Origin: a virus
Lineage: Duplodnaviria; Caudoviricetes
Virus record (IMG/VR): IMGVR_UViG_3300048599_000894
Location: 1-47,294 of that record
Reading direction: 5' to 3' (one strand)
Length of the DNA: 47,294 nt
In this document: piece after piece, positions 8,796-18,123 of the stretch
How the letters are laid out: each line of letters starts with the position of its first letter
Numbering within the stretch: position 1 is the stretch's first letter
The notes under the pieces: generated by a model
What the model was told of the DNA's origin: nothing
Databases searched by the model: none
What the model saw: only the letters and a program-made list of their open reading frames with translations
Position numbers and translations under genes: made by a program

Positions 8796-9944
8796 ATGGC
8801 AAATACAACTGTGCAATCTCAGATCGGTCAAAAAACCGGCAGTATTGGTGACTATGTTGCTATGATGCATTCCCTCAATTACGAATTTCGATTTAACGAA
8901 ATTACTGATCAAATCGAAGTCAACGGGAAACCGCTCAGTGACGAAATGTTTTCGAAGATCCAATATCAATTGATCAATCGCGGGCTTTCGAACGAACGGT
9001 TCACCCGGGTAGCACTTGAAGCGACTGCTTACGATAATCGTTATCACCCAATAATTGATTATCTGAGCAAGCTCCCATATGACGGAGGCCATTATTTTGA
9101 TGATCTGGTGGCATGTTTTGATAACCCAGACCGGTTAATTTCAGTCTATTTGCGAAAATGGCTGCTGGGAACCATTTCAAAAACGGTGAGCGGAACACAA
9201 AACCGGATGTTGATTTTAGACGGTCCGCAAGGAATCGGTAAATCACTCTTCGTCAAATGGCTTTGTTCCAGCATGCCAGATTATTACGCAGAGGGATCAA
9301 TTGACACAGACAGCAAAGATACCCAAATTCGCATGACCACAAAATGGATTTGGGAAGTCGGTGAACTTGGCTCAACGTTTCGAAAATCTGACCGAGAAGC
9401 ACTGAAAAACTTGATCACTATGCAGATGATGACTTTCCGCCGGCCGTACGGACGGTACGACAAAACAAAACCAGTCCTCGCTAATTTGATTGGAACGATC
9501 AACAATGAAGGTGGTTTTCTGGATGACCCAACCGGAAGCCGGCGATTCATGATTTGCGAAATCAAGAAAATCGACTGGAAAACGTACACGAAAATTGATG
9601 TGGATAAACTTTGGGGAGAAATTTACGCGGCCTATCTAATTGGTGAAGATGCTGATTTTACTGACGGTCAGAAAAAACAAACCGAAACGAATAATAAAAA
9701 TTACGAAGTTGAAGACCCGGTTGAACTTGTCTTCCTGGATCAATTTCGCATTCAGCCAGGTAACACAAGCTTTTTCACAACGACCGCGGAAATCACCTAC
9801 ACGGTTCAGGAAAAGATCGGGAAATTTTCATCTCCAAAAGCCATGCAAATGGCAATTGCATCCACATGCCGCAAGCTTGAATTGGAACGCGGCCGGCAAA
9901 ACGGGCAGCGCGGGTACTATGGAATCACCAAAAAACTGCCTTAA
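8796..9944 (+). CDS. VapE-family (SF3-like) helicase/ATPase
   Basis: Walker A GPQGIGKS; EVGEL; RRPYGR; GTIN..FLDDPTGSRRF. Confidence 0.9.
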   Translation: MANTTVQSQIGQKTGSIGDYVAMMHSLNYEFRFNEITDQIEVNGKPLSDEMFSKIQYQLINRGLSNERFTRVALEATAYDNRYHPIIDYLSKLPYDGGHYFDDLVACFDNPDRLISVYLRKWLLGTISKTVSGTQNRMLILDGPQGIGKSLFVKWLCSSMPDYYAEGSIDTDSKDTQIRMTTKWIWEVGELGSTFRKSDREALKNLITMQMMTFRRPYGRYDKTKPVLANLIGTINNEGGFLDDPTGSRRFMICEIKKIDWKTYTKIDVDKLWGEIYAAYLIGEDADFTDGQKKQTETNNKNYEVEDPVELVFLDQFRIQPGNTSFFTTTAEITYTVQEKIGKFSSPKAMQMAIASTCRKLELERGRQNGQRGYYGITKKLP

Positions 9945-9949
9945 TCAGC

Positions 9950-10251
9950 TTGCCAACCTCACTCAAAAGGTTGGCAAATTTTTGAAAAAGGTTGGCAAAT
10001 CTAATGCCAACCTTGTTGAAATAAAAACGCGAAAAATCAATAAAGTTTCGCGTAGATATAAAAAACTGTCAACCTTGCCAACCTTGCCAACCTTTTTTGA
10101 TAACTTTCAAGCGATTTTTTGCCAACCTTGCCAACCTTGCCAACCTTTTCTTAAACTGATTTTTTTTAAGTAATATAGTATACAGCAGTAGAAAAAGTTG
10201 GCATGAAAAAAGTTAATGCAAAGTAGGTTGACAAGGTTGGCAGGTTGGCAA
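9950..10251. repeat. Putative replication origin, about 14 iterons (TTGCCAACC)
   Basis: Tandem 9-bp repeats at 10067-10147, inverted copies at 9969, 9990 and 10196-10251, AT-rich centre; lies between helicase and prim-pol. Confidence 0.8.
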
Positions 10252-10264
10252 CAAGAGGAAAATA

Positions 10265-11095
10265 ATGAAATTAATTGATGTTGCGCAAACCTGGGTAAAT
10301 AATGGATATACGGTAATTCCGTTGGTTTACCGATCCAAAAAACCGCTCATTTTTTGGGAGCCGTACCAAGACCGCACCCCCTCCCATACTGAGTTGCTGC
10401 AATGGTTTCCGTCCGAGATGCGCAATATTGGGCTTGTGATCAAAGATAATTTAGTTGTTATTGATTTTGATGTTCAGGAAGTATTTGACTATTGGTATAG
10501 TCTTTATCCAATTGACACGTATATGATCAAAACGCGTCGGGGTGTGCATGTTTATATTAAAACGAGTCAACCAACAAAAAATTATCATAGCGAATTATTA
10601 GACATAAAATCTGAGCGTGGATATGTTTTGATCCCACCGTCAATTCATCCGAGTGGATATCAATACCAGGTACTTTGTGAAAGCAGTATTACTCAGTATG
10701 GGCGGCTTGAAGATGTTTTACCGGCCAGTTTTATGCCGGCGCCGGAATTAGCATGGCGCGAAATAGTTTCTCAGGTTTCGGCCAACGTAGATCCTTGGGA
10801 CCTGGCTGATTCCGCCACGGAAATTACCAGCAATTTGATTAATCAAATTCACCAGTCTGTTTCAATTTTGCAATTACTTCCTCGCGCTGAACAATCTTCC
10901 CGAGATGGACGCTGGTATGTTGCGCTTTGTCCGTTTCATGATGATCACACCCCATCATTTTGGATTGATACTCGCCGAGGTCTTTGCGGCTGCCGGAAAT
11001 GTAACATCAAAGAGATGGATGTTATTAATCTATATGCACGGTTGAATAATATCTCCAACGTCCAGGCCCTGCGCAAGCTGGCGAAGATAACTTGA
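10265..11095 (+). CDS. Bifunctional primase-polymerase with C-terminal CHC2 zinc finger
   Basis: NIGL..VVIDFD, TRRGVHVY, YVLIPPSIHPSG; CPFHDDHTPSF..CxxC. Confidence 0.9.
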   Translation: MKLIDVAQTWVNNGYTVIPLVYRSKKPLIFWEPYQDRTPSHTELLQWFPSEMRNIGLVIKDNLVVIDFDVQEVFDYWYSLYPIDTYMIKTRRGVHVYIKTSQPTKNYHSELLDIKSERGYVLIPPSIHPSGYQYQVLCESSITQYGRLEDVLPASFMPAPELAWREIVSQVSANVDPWDLADSATEITSNLINQIHQSVSILQLLPRAEQSSRDGRWYVALCPFHDDHTPSFWIDTRRGLCGCRKCNIKEMDVINLYARLNNISNVQALRKLAKIT

Positions 11096-11142
11096 TTTAT
11101 AAAAGTTAGCTTGGGTATTTTCGTATAGTTTTAAGTTAGCTA

Positions 11143-11171
11143 TTGCCATCTGGTAACAATGTTGCTATACT
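11143..11171 (+). promoter_or_regulatory. Sigma70-type promoter for the packaging/structural operon
   Basis: TTGCCA-17 bp-TATACT with extended TG; ATG 6 nt after the -10. Confidence 0.65.
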
Positions 11172-11177
11172 GGTAAT

Positions 11178-11825
11178 ATGCCTGCTAGAAATGGGAAACT
11201 CACCAAAAAGGAAGCTGCGTTTGTAGCCGAGTATGTGAAAACCTGGAATGCTACCAAAGCTGCCCGGGAAAGTGGTTACAAATATCCTCATGTATCTGGT
11301 TATAAATTGTTGCAGGTACAAGAGGTAAAAGAGGCAATTGACGACGTGATTAAAAAAACTCGTATGACTGCCGACCAAGCTGTTACCCGTTTGACCCAGC
11401 AGGCCGAATTTGATTTCAGCCAATTTTTTATTTTTGAGTATGTTCCGGTTATCGAGAATGGGCAGCCGAAACTTGACAGCGCCGGCAATCCGGTAATGCG
11501 TTACGAACAGACTGGCGTGAATTGGAAAGCTGTTGAGAAGTACGGCTATTTGGTTAAGAAGATTTCATACACCCGCCAAGGAAAGCCCGTCATTGAGTTC
11601 GTTGATTCCCAGAAGGCGCTTGAGTTGATCGGCCGGGCGCACGGGTTGTTTACCGATAACGTCAACGTGAGCGCCCAGGCAAGCGTCAAAGCTTATGTAG
11701 GGTTGTCGCCGGACGATTGGGACGATAGCCAGCCCCCTGATACTGAGCAAGATGCAAACAACGATGATATTTCTTTAGAGCGCCCAACTCCGCGAACTCA
11801 CCGCGATGACACCCCAGAACTTTAA
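11178..11825 (+). CDS. terS: Terminase small subunit
   Basis: LTKKEAAFVAEY..NATKAARESGY; KALELIGRAHGLF. Confidence 0.9.
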   Translation: MPARNGKLTKKEAAFVAEYVKTWNATKAARESGYKYPHVSGYKLLQVQEVKEAIDDVIKKTRMTADQAVTRLTQQAEFDFSQFFIFEYVPVIENGQPKLDSAGNPVMRYEQTGVNWKAVEKYGYLVKKISYTRQGKPVIEFVDSQKALELIGRAHGLFTDNVNVSAQASVKAYVGLSPDDWDDSQPPDTEQDANNDDISLERPTPRTHRDDTPEL

Positions 11826-13110
11826 AAACTACACATATCTAGCACCGTACAAACCATTACCGTGGCAAATTGATCCATGGCGTGACAAGAACCAGGTGAT
11901 GCTTTTGGCAGGTTCTGCAGGAACGGGAAAATCAAGGCTGGCCGCTGAAAAAGTTCATGGCTTTTTACTGCATTATCCGAATTCTACTGGTTTAGTGCTG
12001 CGCAAAACGCGCCAATCTATGATCAATTCAACACTGCTCTTTCTTCAGCGGTCGGTGATTGGCAATGATCCGCGCGTCAGGCATATCAAAAATGAGAACC
12101 GATATGAATATTGGAATGGCTCAATTTTGGCTTATGGCGGCATGGTTGACGAAGAACAGCGAGAACAAATTCGGTCTATCGGTGCTGCCGGTGGGGTTGA
12201 CATTGCCTGGCTGGAAGAAGCCACCCGGTTTACAGAGAATGACTACAACGAAGTCCTGGCCCGCATGCGCGGAACGGCAGCTAGTTGGATGCAAGTAATG
12301 TTGAGTACCAACCCGGGACCACCCAGCCACTGGATTAATCAGCTTTTGATTTTAGGTGGTGGGGCCAGTGTGTACGACAAAGCGCGGCCAGAGGATAACC
12401 CGTACAACCCTAAGCAATACATTGAGATGCTCAACCGGTTGACTGGTATTTTGGGCCAGCGCCTGCGTGATGGTTTGTGGGTCCAGGCAGAGGGCTTAGT
12501 TTACGATCAATTTGACACCGGAAATATTTATGCAGATGATTATCAGTTTGATCCAGAGTTGCCTTTCGAATTAGGCATTGATGACGGCTACATTGATCCC
12601 CGCGCAATTTTGTTTGTTCAGCGCCAGGGTTCTGTCATTTTAGTTTTTGACGAAATTTACGGCAGTCGGAAATTGGCCGAACAGCATGTCAAAGATGTAT
12701 TGACTAAGTGCATTGAGCTTTACGGAAAAACAGAGCCGGAAGATTGGCGGTCAAAGAGTTTGGAAGAATCAGCAATCTGGTGCCGGCAGAATGAAGTGCG
12801 ATTGCCTGAAATTGCCATAACAAGCCCGGAAGCAAAGGAACTGCAACAGCGTTTGAGAATGGCAGACATACCTGCCAGAAAAGCAATTAATGACATCCTC
12901 CCTGGGATTGAAACAGTACGTGAGCTGATATGTGATGCAAACGGATTCAGAACTTTATTAGTGAGTCAGAAGGCAAAGAATTTAATCAGGGAATTGACAG
13001 AAGGGTACGTGTACCCGGAAGGGAAGCACCGCGATAATGAAAAACCTCAAGACGGAAATGACCATGCTCCTGAAGCGCTTCGGTACTGGGCGCATCTTCG
13101 CGCTCGCTAA
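11806..13110 (+). CDS. terL: Terminase large subunit
   Basis: GSAGTGKS, AWLEEA, STNP, GIDDGYIDP, NDHAPEALRY. Confidence 0.92.
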   Translation: MTPQNFKNYTYLAPYKPLPWQIDPWRDKNQVMLLAGSAGTGKSRLAAEKVHGFLLHYPNSTGLVLRKTRQSMINSTLLFLQRSVIGNDPRVRHIKNENRYEYWNGSILAYGGMVDEEQREQIRSIGAAGGVDIAWLEEATRFTENDYNEVLARMRGTAASWMQVMLSTNPGPPSHWINQLLILGGGASVYDKARPEDNPYNPKQYIEMLNRLTGILGQRLRDGLWVQAEGLVYDQFDTGNIYADDYQFDPELPFELGIDDGYIDPRAILFVQRQGSVILVFDEIYGSRKLAEQHVKDVLTKCIELYGKTEPEDWRSKSLEESAIWCRQNEVRLPEIAITSPEAKELQQRLRMADIPARKAINDILPGIETVRELICDANGFRTLLVSQKAKNLIRELTEGYVYPEGKHRDNEKPQDGNDHAPEALRYWAHLRAR

Positions 13111-13237
13111 GGTTGTTTTTGTGTTCATTATCGTTTTTATCCCTCTGGTTATTGGTATGCTGGCCGGGCTGATTTACAAGTTAGTTATTTCCTGGTATGC
13201 AGCCGTGATTGAAGGTTTCGAGGCAACGTCTAAATGA
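13037..13237 (+). CDS. Small membrane protein (start uncertain)
   Basis: Hydrophobic ORF filling the terL-portal gap. Confidence 0.4.
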   Translation: MKNLKTEMTMLLKRFGTGRIFALAKVVFVFIIVFIPLVIGMLAGLIYKLVISWYAAVIEGFEATSK

Positions 13238-15327
13238 ATGTGATTGATCGCATTATGGCACGCGCGCAAGGAAAATCAGCGCTGTATGATCGTCATCCAG
13301 AACTGGAAGACCGCATTCACATTATGAGCATGAGCAGCGAAGAACAGACTGCGCTTTATGGGTCTGATTTTCGCGTCAACGCTGAGAATTATATCCGGCA
13401 CATGTGGCTGCAAAAAGCAATCCGGGTGCTGCGCGATAATATTTCTGTATTGCCTCTGCGCGTAGCCAAAGGATCACGCGCGAATACTGAATATCTGGAC
13501 AATCACAGAGCCTATCAGTTATTTGACAACCCGAATCCGCAAATGTCACCAGAAGATTTTTGGGGCCAGTGGATTACAGACATGATGATTGGCGGGGAAT
13601 GGGGTGTAGAAGTTTCCAATAGCAAGGCCGGTAGCGTTGCAGAATTGTGGCCGCGGCAACCGGATATATTCAACGTGCAGGTTGAATCAAAACGGTACCA
13701 GAAAATTGGGGGCTATAAAATTGATGACCATACCGGGAAGCCCTACACCCTCCCCCCTACTGAGTTTATCCATTTCAAATTTTATAATCCGCTCGAACCT
13801 TTCCGCGGTTTATCGCCGGCAACTGCTGTACGGTTGAGTATTGATATTGACCAGTTAAGTCAGGCATGGTCGAAGTTATTTTTCAAGAATAGCGCCCGTC
13901 CGGATTTTGCGATTATAGCCCCCCAGGGAATAACACAATCCGAAAAAGCCGAGATGATGAAGAAGTTAAATGCCGATCATGGTCAAACACATGCTCATGA
14001 GCCGATTATTTTAGAAAGCGGCGTAACGGATATTAAGACTTTTTCGTTTCCGGCAAAAGATATCGAGTGGATGACCCAGCGCGAAATGAGCCGCGATGAA
14101 GTTGCTGCAATTGTAGGTGTGCCTGATGAACTTATGGGATATGGCAAAGACACCTACGAGAATTTTGGAACGGCAATGGAAGTTCTCTGGAAAGTTACCA
14201 TTGTCCCGTTGACCGAGTTCCGCGATGGCGTTTTAACTCGTTTTTGCCGGCTGATAAAAATCATTGCCCCAAACGAACGGATTGCAACCGATTTGCGGGA
14301 TGTATCCGAGTTACAAGATGATAAAACGGCAAAGATTACTCAGGCACAGATTTTATTCAACATGGGTGTTAGCCTCAATGATGCGTCAGAGTTCTTAAAT
14401 TTGGGATTGAAGAAAGTACCTGGCGGAGATGTTGGTTACTTGAATTCCTCATATGTTCCAGTTGATCAGTTGCCTGTTATTGGCGGCGGGATGTTACTCA
14501 GTATGCGTGGGGGGGTGCAAAAAGAAACCAGCGATTACGGCAGTGAAACCCATGCCGCGATTTACAAACGGCTGCAAAGCCGGATTGATGTGCATGTGAG
14601 TGATCTTCAGCGGATTGCAAAGCGCGAATTTCAGCGCCAGCAGAATGAAATCTTGCAGCGCTTGCGCGACGGTAAAAATTGGGGCCGGGGAAAGTACAAG
14701 GCCGATGAAGATGTTCCGCAGCCAAACGATTTATTTTACTTGGAAGCTGAAATCAAATCATGGTCAGAAGCAATGAAAAAGAAAATCACGCAGGCGATTC
14801 AGGCGATTGGTCAAAGTGAATTGGCTGGATTAGGTTTATCAACTATTTTTGATATTTCCCGCCCGGATGTTGTACGGCGGATTAGCTATATCCTTGAAAC
14901 GGTTGCCAGAAAAACAAATGAAACAACCTGGAATGATCTGATCCAGATTATGCGCGAAGCGGAACAGGCCGGCGAAGGAATTGTAGCGATACAAGAGCGA
15001 CTAAATCAATATTTCGGCGAACGCAAAAGCGATTACCAAACCGAGCGGATTGCTCGTACAACGATGACCGGAGCCAGTAACAGCGGACAGCAACAGGCCT
15101 GGAATCAGGCCGAACAGGATGGCGTGACCCTCAATAAACGTTGGATCAGTGCTTTGCAGCCAGACCGTACCCGTCCAGAACACGCTGAAGCACATAATCA
15201 GGTAGTTGGGCTGCATGATCTGTTTTTAGTCGGCGGTGAAAATCTTGAATACCCCGGGGATCCAACCGGATCGCCTGGAAATATTATCAACTGTCTTTGC
15301 GGAATGATCGCGGAAGTGGTGGAGTGA
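13234..15327 (+). CDS. HK97-type portal fused to a MuF-like minor head domain
   Basis: PNPQMS..F, IHFK..GLSP, FFKNSARP; C-terminal ERIARTT..KRW..RPEH..INCLC. Confidence 0.88.
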   Translation: MNVIDRIMARAQGKSALYDRHPELEDRIHIMSMSSEEQTALYGSDFRVNAENYIRHMWLQKAIRVLRDNISVLPLRVAKGSRANTEYLDNHRAYQLFDNPNPQMSPEDFWGQWITDMMIGGEWGVEVSNSKAGSVAELWPRQPDIFNVQVESKRYQKIGGYKIDDHTGKPYTLPPTEFIHFKFYNPLEPFRGLSPATAVRLSIDIDQLSQAWSKLFFKNSARPDFAIIAPQGITQSEKAEMMKKLNADHGQTHAHEPIILESGVTDIKTFSFPAKDIEWMTQREMSRDEVAAIVGVPDELMGYGKDTYENFGTAMEVLWKVTIVPLTEFRDGVLTRFCRLIKIIAPNERIATDLRDVSELQDDKTAKITQAQILFNMGVSLNDASEFLNLGLKKVPGGDVGYLNSSYVPVDQLPVIGGGMLLSMRGGVQKETSDYGSETHAAIYKRLQSRIDVHVSDLQRIAKREFQRQQNEILQRLRDGKNWGRGKYKADEDVPQPNDLFYLEAEIKSWSEAMKKKITQAIQAIGQSELAGLGLSTIFDISRPDVVRRISYILETVARKTNETTWNDLIQIMREAEQAGEGIVAIQERLNQYFGERKSDYQTERIARTTMTGASNSGQQQAWNQAEQDGVTLNKRWISALQPDRTRPEHAEAHNQVVGLHDLFLVGGENLEYPGDPTGSPGNIINCLCGMIAEVVE

Positions 15328-15328
15328 C

Positions 15329-16045
15329 ATGGGATTAATTTACAAAACTTATCAGACTGTAACAAAAGTGGTCGATGCTGAGGCAGGGATTTATGAGGTC
15401 ATGATCTCGACCGAAAGCGTTGATCGGTCGAATGATATTGTCCGGGCGGCCGGCGGGAGATTTGAAAATTACCTGCGCAACCCGGTGGTGTTGCTGGGGC
15501 ATGATTACCATGATCTGCCAGTTGCAAAAACTTTGCAGATTGAGGTTGTGCCTGGCGGTGTGAAAGCCACTTTCCAATTTCCGCCTGCCGGAACTTATGA
15601 CAAGGCGGATACCACGCGCAAACTTTGGGACGCCGGCTTTCTCAATGCGGCTTCTATTGGATTTGATCCGATTCTCTCGATCAACCTGGACGCTTCGCGC
15701 CCGTGGGGACCGCAAGATTATATCGAGTGGGAGCTGTTAGAGTGGAGCATTGTGACAGTGCCGGCCAATCAAGACGCCCTGCGCCTGGCGCTGGAAAATA
15801 TTGATCGGACACTGGTCAAGCAAGGCCGCACATTATCGGCGGCCAACGAAAAGCGGCTGAGAAACGCCGCAGATGAGATTAACCAGGTCCTGGCGCAAAT
15901 CGAAAGCGCGTCAGATGAATCTGATAAATCTAAGCCTGACGCATCGACAACCAAAAATGATCCATTGCACGACGTGATTGATGCAAACACGGCAAGCAAC
16001 TTAACGAAATTGGTTAACTTATTGAATAAGGAACTGCAAAAATGA
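15329..16045 (+). CDS. HK97-family prohead protease
   Basis: STESVDR, NPVVLLGHD, SIGF, ELLEWSIVTVPAN. Confidence 0.9.
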   Translation: MGLIYKTYQTVTKVVDAEAGIYEVMISTESVDRSNDIVRAAGGRFENYLRNPVVLLGHDYHDLPVAKTLQIEVVPGGVKATFQFPPAGTYDKADTTRKLWDAGFLNAASIGFDPILSINLDASRPWGPQDYIEWELLEWSIVTVPANQDALRLALENIDRTLVKQGRTLSAANEKRLRNAADEINQVLAQIESASDESDKSKPDASTTKNDPLHDVIDANTASNLTKLVNLLNKELQK

Positions 16046-17406
16046 GCGATGAACTGAAAGAACTCAACGAGAACATTGCGAAACTGACTGCCATCGTTAC
16101 CGAAAAAGGTCTTGGCGGCTTGAACCGCGATGAAATCGTAAAAGCCTTTACTGATGCTTTGGCCGCCCGTGACCAGGCAGCCGCTGAAGATGAAATTATC
16201 CGGCGCGGCGAAGAACCCCCCCATACTGAGGAACTACGCTTCGCCAATGTCAAAGGCCGCTACGAACGCGTTGCCAAAGAATTCGCTGAAGGCGGCTTTG
16301 CGCGCGTCAACGGCACCAAAGTGCTGCCGATTGATTTGCTGATGGCCGAACGTCTGATGACCAAAGCCAAAGCGTCCGATCAGAAAGACGCCAAAGCGCC
16401 CTCTGAGGATCTGACCGCAATTGTCAAAGCGATGTCCTCAACCGGCGTCGGCACCGGCGCGGAATTGGTTCCTGAAAATCTGGCAGCTACGATCTGGGAA
16501 GATATGTTTGTGGCTTCGAAGGTTTTTGCCGATCTCCCTGAGCAGCCGATGACTTCCGACCCGATGGACGTCGGCACGATGGGAACGATGACCTTTGCTA
16601 AAGCCACCCAAAACATTGCCGGCACCGCCCAGGATTTGACGACCACGCAGCCAAAATTGACCACCACAGAATTACTGGCGGAAGTCGATTACTCCTACAA
16701 TCTGGATGAAGATGCCGTAGTGGCAATGATGCCCAGCATCCGAATGGAAGCCGAACGCGCCGGCGCTGAATACATGGATGCCTTTGCGCTCAATGCTGAT
16801 GCGACCAATGCGGCGACCGGAAATATCAATTCAGACGACGGAGACCCGGATGATACCAGTTACTACCTCAGCAATGGGCAAGATGGTATCCGTCATCTGT
16901 TTTTAGTGGATGCTACCGGTCAGGGTTCCAGTGTTGCGGCCGCTTTGGATGATTCCAAGATGGCGACTATCCTGAGCAAGTTGGGTAAGTATGGTTTGGA
17001 CCTCCCCAACTTGCGCATTGTCCCGGACGTGCAGACTTACCTGAGCATGTTATCCCTGGCGAGTGTCAAGACCGTGGATGTTTATGGCGCGGCTGCTACT
17101 GTGGCGACTGGTGAACTGGCAAAGTATCGTGGTATCACCGTTATCCCCAGCGGCGTTATGCCGACCACCGAAGCGGATGGCAAAGTTTCTACCACTGGAT
17201 CAAACAACACCAAAGGCCAGCTTGCGGTTTACAACCGTATGATGTGGCGCCGGGGTTCCCGCCGTGGTTTGACCATTGAAATTGACCGCTCTATCCAAAA
17301 ACGGCAAATGATTCTGGTTGTGAGCTTCCGCATTGCCGTTGGCTGCCGTGAAGCAACCCGCAGCACCGCGAAGCATACCGCTGGCGGTTACAACATCACC
17401 ATCTAA
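16042..17406 (+). CDS. Major capsid protein (HK97 fold)
   Basis: Follows the protease; GAELVPE motif; size and highly expressed-type codon bias. Confidence 0.85.
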   Translation: MSDELKELNENIAKLTAIVTEKGLGGLNRDEIVKAFTDALAARDQAAAEDEIIRRGEEPPHTEELRFANVKGRYERVAKEFAEGGFARVNGTKVLPIDLLMAERLMTKAKASDQKDAKAPSEDLTAIVKAMSSTGVGTGAELVPENLAATIWEDMFVASKVFADLPEQPMTSDPMDVGTMGTMTFAKATQNIAGTAQDLTTTQPKLTTTELLAEVDYSYNLDEDAVVAMMPSIRMEAERAGAEYMDAFALNADATNAATGNINSDDGDPDDTSYYLSNGQDGIRHLFLVDATGQGSSVAAALDDSKMATILSKLGKYGLDLPNLRIVPDVQTYLSMLSLASVKTVDVYGAAATVATGELAKYRGITVIPSGVMPTTEADGKVSTTGSNNTKGQLAVYNRMMWRRGSRRGLTIEIDRSIQKRQMILVVSFRIAVGCREATRSTAKHTAGGYNITI

Positions 17407-17420
17407 GTTGATTTTGCATT

Positions 17421-17467
17421 TGGCCGGATGAGTGGGTGGTACGGAACTGCTACCCACTCACTGGCCA
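17421..17467 (+). other. Long hairpin after the capsid gene
   Basis: TGGCCGG-A-TGAGTGGGTGGTA / TGCTACCCACTCA-CTGGCCA; no U-tract. Confidence 0.6.
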
Positions 17468-17476
17468 GAAAAGAGC

Positions 17477-17893
17477 ATGACAATGGCAAACGAATTGGAT
17501 ACTAAATTTGGTGTTGCGATTACGTTGATGTTTGGCAAAGCCAATATCCTTAAAAACGCAACAACCGACCTTACTTTTGCGCAAGGTGGAGCAGGCTTCA
17601 AGGTGCCTGCCGGTTACGCGTTTCATCCGGTTTTGCTGCACGCAGAAACCAATGCCGATATTACTGCCGGGACTGAGACCTTTAAAGTCATCGCTGACGG
17701 CACCGAATTAACACATGGCCCGGAAGTTGGTTTAGCGGATACCGTGCAAGCCGGTGTTGATTTGCAGACATTCGGCGCTGAACCGATTGCGGCCGGCAGC
17801 ATTGTGGGTGTGTCGGTAACAACTTCTGCTGATCTGGCCCCGGAAACTGGTGATGTTGATGCCGTTTTAGTTGGGTATTTGGTGCCGGCATGA
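17477..17893 (+). CDS. Putative head decoration/structural protein
   Basis: Position after MCP; beta-rich; start moved downstream of the hairpin. Confidence 0.6.
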   Translation: MTMANELDTKFGVAITLMFGKANILKNATTDLTFAQGGAGFKVPAGYAFHPVLLHAETNADITAGTETFKVIADGTELTHGPEVGLADTVQAGVDLQTFGAEPIAAGSIVGVSVTTSADLAPETGDVDAVLVGYLVPA

Positions 17894-18123
17894 GAAAGAA
17901 ATTAGACCTTCCAAAAGGCGAATCTGTCAAACTGGCCGTTGTATCCCGCTATCGCTGCCGCTCAGTAGAGTACCCGGCCGGCGTCGAAATCGAAGTATCA
18001 GAGGCAGAAGCCCTCTCCCTATTGAATGACGCCCCTGAATGTTTTAAACCGATCAAACAAAAAGGTCTTGATAAGCCTCCGGTTGATCGGCAAATCGATG
18101 AAGCGGACACTGTGACGAAATGA
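17890..18123 (+). CDS. Small head-region protein
   Basis: ATGA overlaps; position. Confidence 0.6.
   Translation: MRKKLDLPKGESVKLAVVSRYRCRSVEYPAGVEIEVSEAEALSLLNDAPECFKPIKQKGLDKPPVDRQIDEADTVTK

Noticed and set aside
9640-10173. 177-aa ORF with CQPCQP repeats
   Set aside because: Translation of origin iterons overlapping the helicase gene
9950-10251. CRISPR array
   Set aside because: 9-bp tandem and inverted units with no unique spacers; fits iterons
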